From: Mobula birostris | Lineage: Eukaryota | Reading direction: 5' to 3' | Length of the DNA: 64,000 nucleotides | NCBI RefSeq assembly: GCF_030028105.1 | Contig: NC_092374.1 | Span: 175,050,057 to 175,114,056, forward strand | In this document: positions 61,420 through 64,000 of the stretch, one piece after another | Layout: every line of letters begins with the position of its first letter | Numbering within the stretch: position 1 is the stretch's first letter | Made by a program: the position numbers and the translations under genes | Notes under the pieces: model-generated | Told to the model about the DNA's origin: nothing | Database searches by the model: none | Seen by the model: the letters and a program-made list of their open reading frames with translations, nothing else

Positions 61420-62880
61420 GCCTTTCTTAAATAGATACAACTTGGAGCAGCAGCCAGCTGGAGCCAGCAGAAGCTTGAGCGGAGGTGATTCACTCAGGTT
61501 TACTGATTGAGTATTAAAGGCTGCGACTCACGGCAGCTCTTGGCGGCTTTGAGCAGCAGCCAATCATAGTTTGGGATTGATTAGCAAGAACAGGTTAAAG
61601 TAAGGCAGGGGCAGGTGGAGTGCCCATCGTCACCGCGGCCGGCAGAGTGACCATTGCCCGGGCAGACAACGTTGCAGTGGATAGGGTCAGAGTGAAGATT
61701 CTGAGGTTTTAGCTCTTTGAGGCTTCAGTCAGAGAAGGCAAAAATGAAAAGCTGTAGGTAGAATTCTATTTTTTTGCCCCTTTCCTTATACTTGCTTAAA
61801 ACAGTAGATATGCCAGGAAGGATAGTGGAATGTTCCTTTTGTTGGATGTGGGAAGGCAGGGAGACCTCCAGTGTCCCTGATGACTACACCTGTGAAAAAT
61901 GTGTTCAGCTACGGCTTCTATCAAACCACGTTCAGGAGTCGGAGCTGGGACTGGATAAACTCTAGATCATTTGGGAGGCTGAGGGTGTGATAGATGGGAT
62001 GTAGAGAGAAGGCACAGGACACAGGAGACTGGGTGACAGTCAGGAGAGGGAAAGGAGTTAAACTACCAGTGCAGAGTACCCCTATGGCCACCCCTCAACA
62101 ACAGGTATATCACTTTGGATACTATGGGTGCAGATGACCTAGCACAGAAAAGTCGCAGTGGTTGGACCTCTGGCACTGGGTCTGGATCTGTAACTCTGAA
62201 AGGAAGAGGGGAGAAGAGGCGAGCTGTGGTGAAAGGGGATTTGTTAGTTAGGGGAACAGAAAGGTTCTGTATGTTGCCTCCCGGGTGCCAGGGTCTGGGA
62301 CATCACGGATTGACTCCTCAGCATTCTTAAGGGGGAGGGTGAACAGCCGGAAGTTGTGGTCCATGTAGGTATCCACGACCTGGGCAGGAAGAGTGATGAG
62401 GTTCAGCAAAAAATGTGCTGGAGTTCAGGGAGTTAGGTACTAAGTGAAAGGGCAGGACCTCCAGAGTTGTGATCTTAAAATTTTTATCCATGCCACGTGC
62501 TAATGAGGCTAGAAATAGGAATTTATACAATTCAACAAATGGCTAAGGAGTTGGTGCAGGAGGAAAGGCATAGAGTTTTGGATCATTGGGCTCTTTTCCA
62601 GGGAAGGTGGGACCTGTACAGAAGAGACTGTTTGTACCTAAACTGGAAGAGGACTAATATCCTAGCGGGAAAGTTTGCTGGTGCTGCACAGGGAGGTGGG
62701 TGGGTTTAAACTAAAGTTGCAGGGGGATGGGAACCAGAGTGCCAGAGCAGTTAGTGGAGAAGTTGTGGAGACAGATGTTGGTAGGTCCTCAGAGAAAGTC
62801 AGGAATGAAAAGGTTGAGTGTGGTATGACTAGTTTCCTGAGCTGTGTATATTTCAATGCAAGAAGTATTGTATGAAAGGC
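61420..62880 (+). mobile_element. CR1 5' part: 5' UTR, ORF1 (zinc finger plus esterase) and the first ORF2 codons
   Basis: VECSFCWMWE..PDDYTCEKCVQLRLL, LPPGCQG, and VYFNARSI. Confidence 0.8.
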
Positions 62881-63960
62881 ACTTGAGCTCAGGGCATGGA
62901 TCAACAGACAATCCCTCCATGACTTCTTCCTCTTCTACAGCCATGATACTATTCCTGATTAGCAATGCCACTCTCCCACCTCTTTTGCCTCCCTCCTTGT
63001 CCTTCTTGAAACATCTGAAGCCTGGCACACTCAGCAGCCATTCCTGTTCCTGAGACATCCAAGTCTCTGTAATGGCCAGAGCGTCATAGTTCCACGTATT
63101 GATCCACGCTCTAAATTCATCAGCCTTTCTCATGATGCTCATTGCATTAAAATAGACAGATCTCAAATCATCTGGCTGAGTACATCTTTGCTCTATCATC
63201 TGCTTATCCTTCCTCACAAACTCTCTGCAAGCTGTCTCTAATTGTGTGCCAACCGCCCATCCTCTGCCTCTTCACTTCAGCTCCCACCTCCCTGCAAATC
63301 TAGTTTAAACCCTCCCAATAGCATTAGTAAACCTTCCTCCCAGGATATTGGTTTCCCTCCAGTCCAAGTGCAACCCGTCCCACTTGTACAGGTCACCCTT
63401 CCCCAGAAAAGGTTCCAATGATCCAGGAACTTGAAACCCTGCCCCCTGCACCATCTCCTCAGCTACTCATTCATCTGCGCTATCTTCCTGTTCTGACCTT
63501 CTGTAGCTTGTGGCACCGGGAGTAATCCGGAGATTACCACCTGGAGGTCCTGCTCTTCAGCCTCCTTCCTAACTCCCTCAATTTACTGCACAGGACCTCT
63601 ACCCCTCTCCTGCCTACATCATTGGTACCAACATGTACCACGACCTCCAGCTGATCACCTTCCCCTGCAAGAATATTCTGCAACCACTCAGGGACCTCCT
63701 GGGCCCGAGCTCCCGGGAGACAACACACTACCCTGGTGTCTCTTTTGCTGCTGTAGGGCCTCCTACCTGTCCCCTAACTATCGAGTCCCCTGTGACTATT
63801 GCTCCTCTTAACTTCACTCTACCCTTTTGAGGCTCAGAGCTGATCACAGAGCTATTGGTCTGGCTGCTGCTGCCTTGCCCAGACAGGTCATCCCCCACAG
63901 CAGTATCCAAAGGGATACGGCCACAGAGGGACTCAGCACTGCCTTCTTTCTCCCTTTACC
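62880..63960 (-). mobile_element. CR1 ORF1 esterase and ORF2 endonuclease start, opposite orientation
   Basis: TGDSIVRG, CCLPGARAQEV, VVVHVGTND, and VYFNAMSI..AITETW..RGGRVALLI. Confidence 0.85.
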
Positions 63961-64000
63961 TCTCTCTTGGTGTTCACCCACCTACTCCCTGAATTCTGCA

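Overview
Vertebrate genomic DNA, most likely a cartilaginous fish (shark or ray); this is inferred from the class I sequence and the repeat families. The left end holds an MHC class I heavy-chain gene on the + strand. Its alpha1, alpha2, alpha3 and TM exons are packed into 411-1894, and two small cytoplasmic exons lie about 10 kb downstream (11965-11994 and 12898-12944). No leader exon was found. The large intron is a nest of retroelements: a CR1 that hosts a Penelope-like insertion with hammerhead-ribozyme motifs, a full-length but decayed L1 with a 10-bp TSD, and a Rex-type 3' fragment. The middle of the window holds a decayed nine-finger C2H2 zinc-finger gene and two divergently oriented, structurally compensated U1 snRNA genes (24146-24309 minus, 42365-42528 plus). 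Between them lie two more copies of the same snRNA-type upstream cassette (CTCF-like motif, octamer, and in one case a PSE-like box) with no U1. One of these sits in front of an unexplained 101-bp repeat array. Also present are an apparently intact tRNA-Thr(AGT), many Tx1, CR1, Rex and PLE fragments, two solo LTRs with 5-bp TSDs, Tc1 and hAT remnants, and four tandem-repeat arrays. All calls come from reading the sequence by eye; no searches were run.
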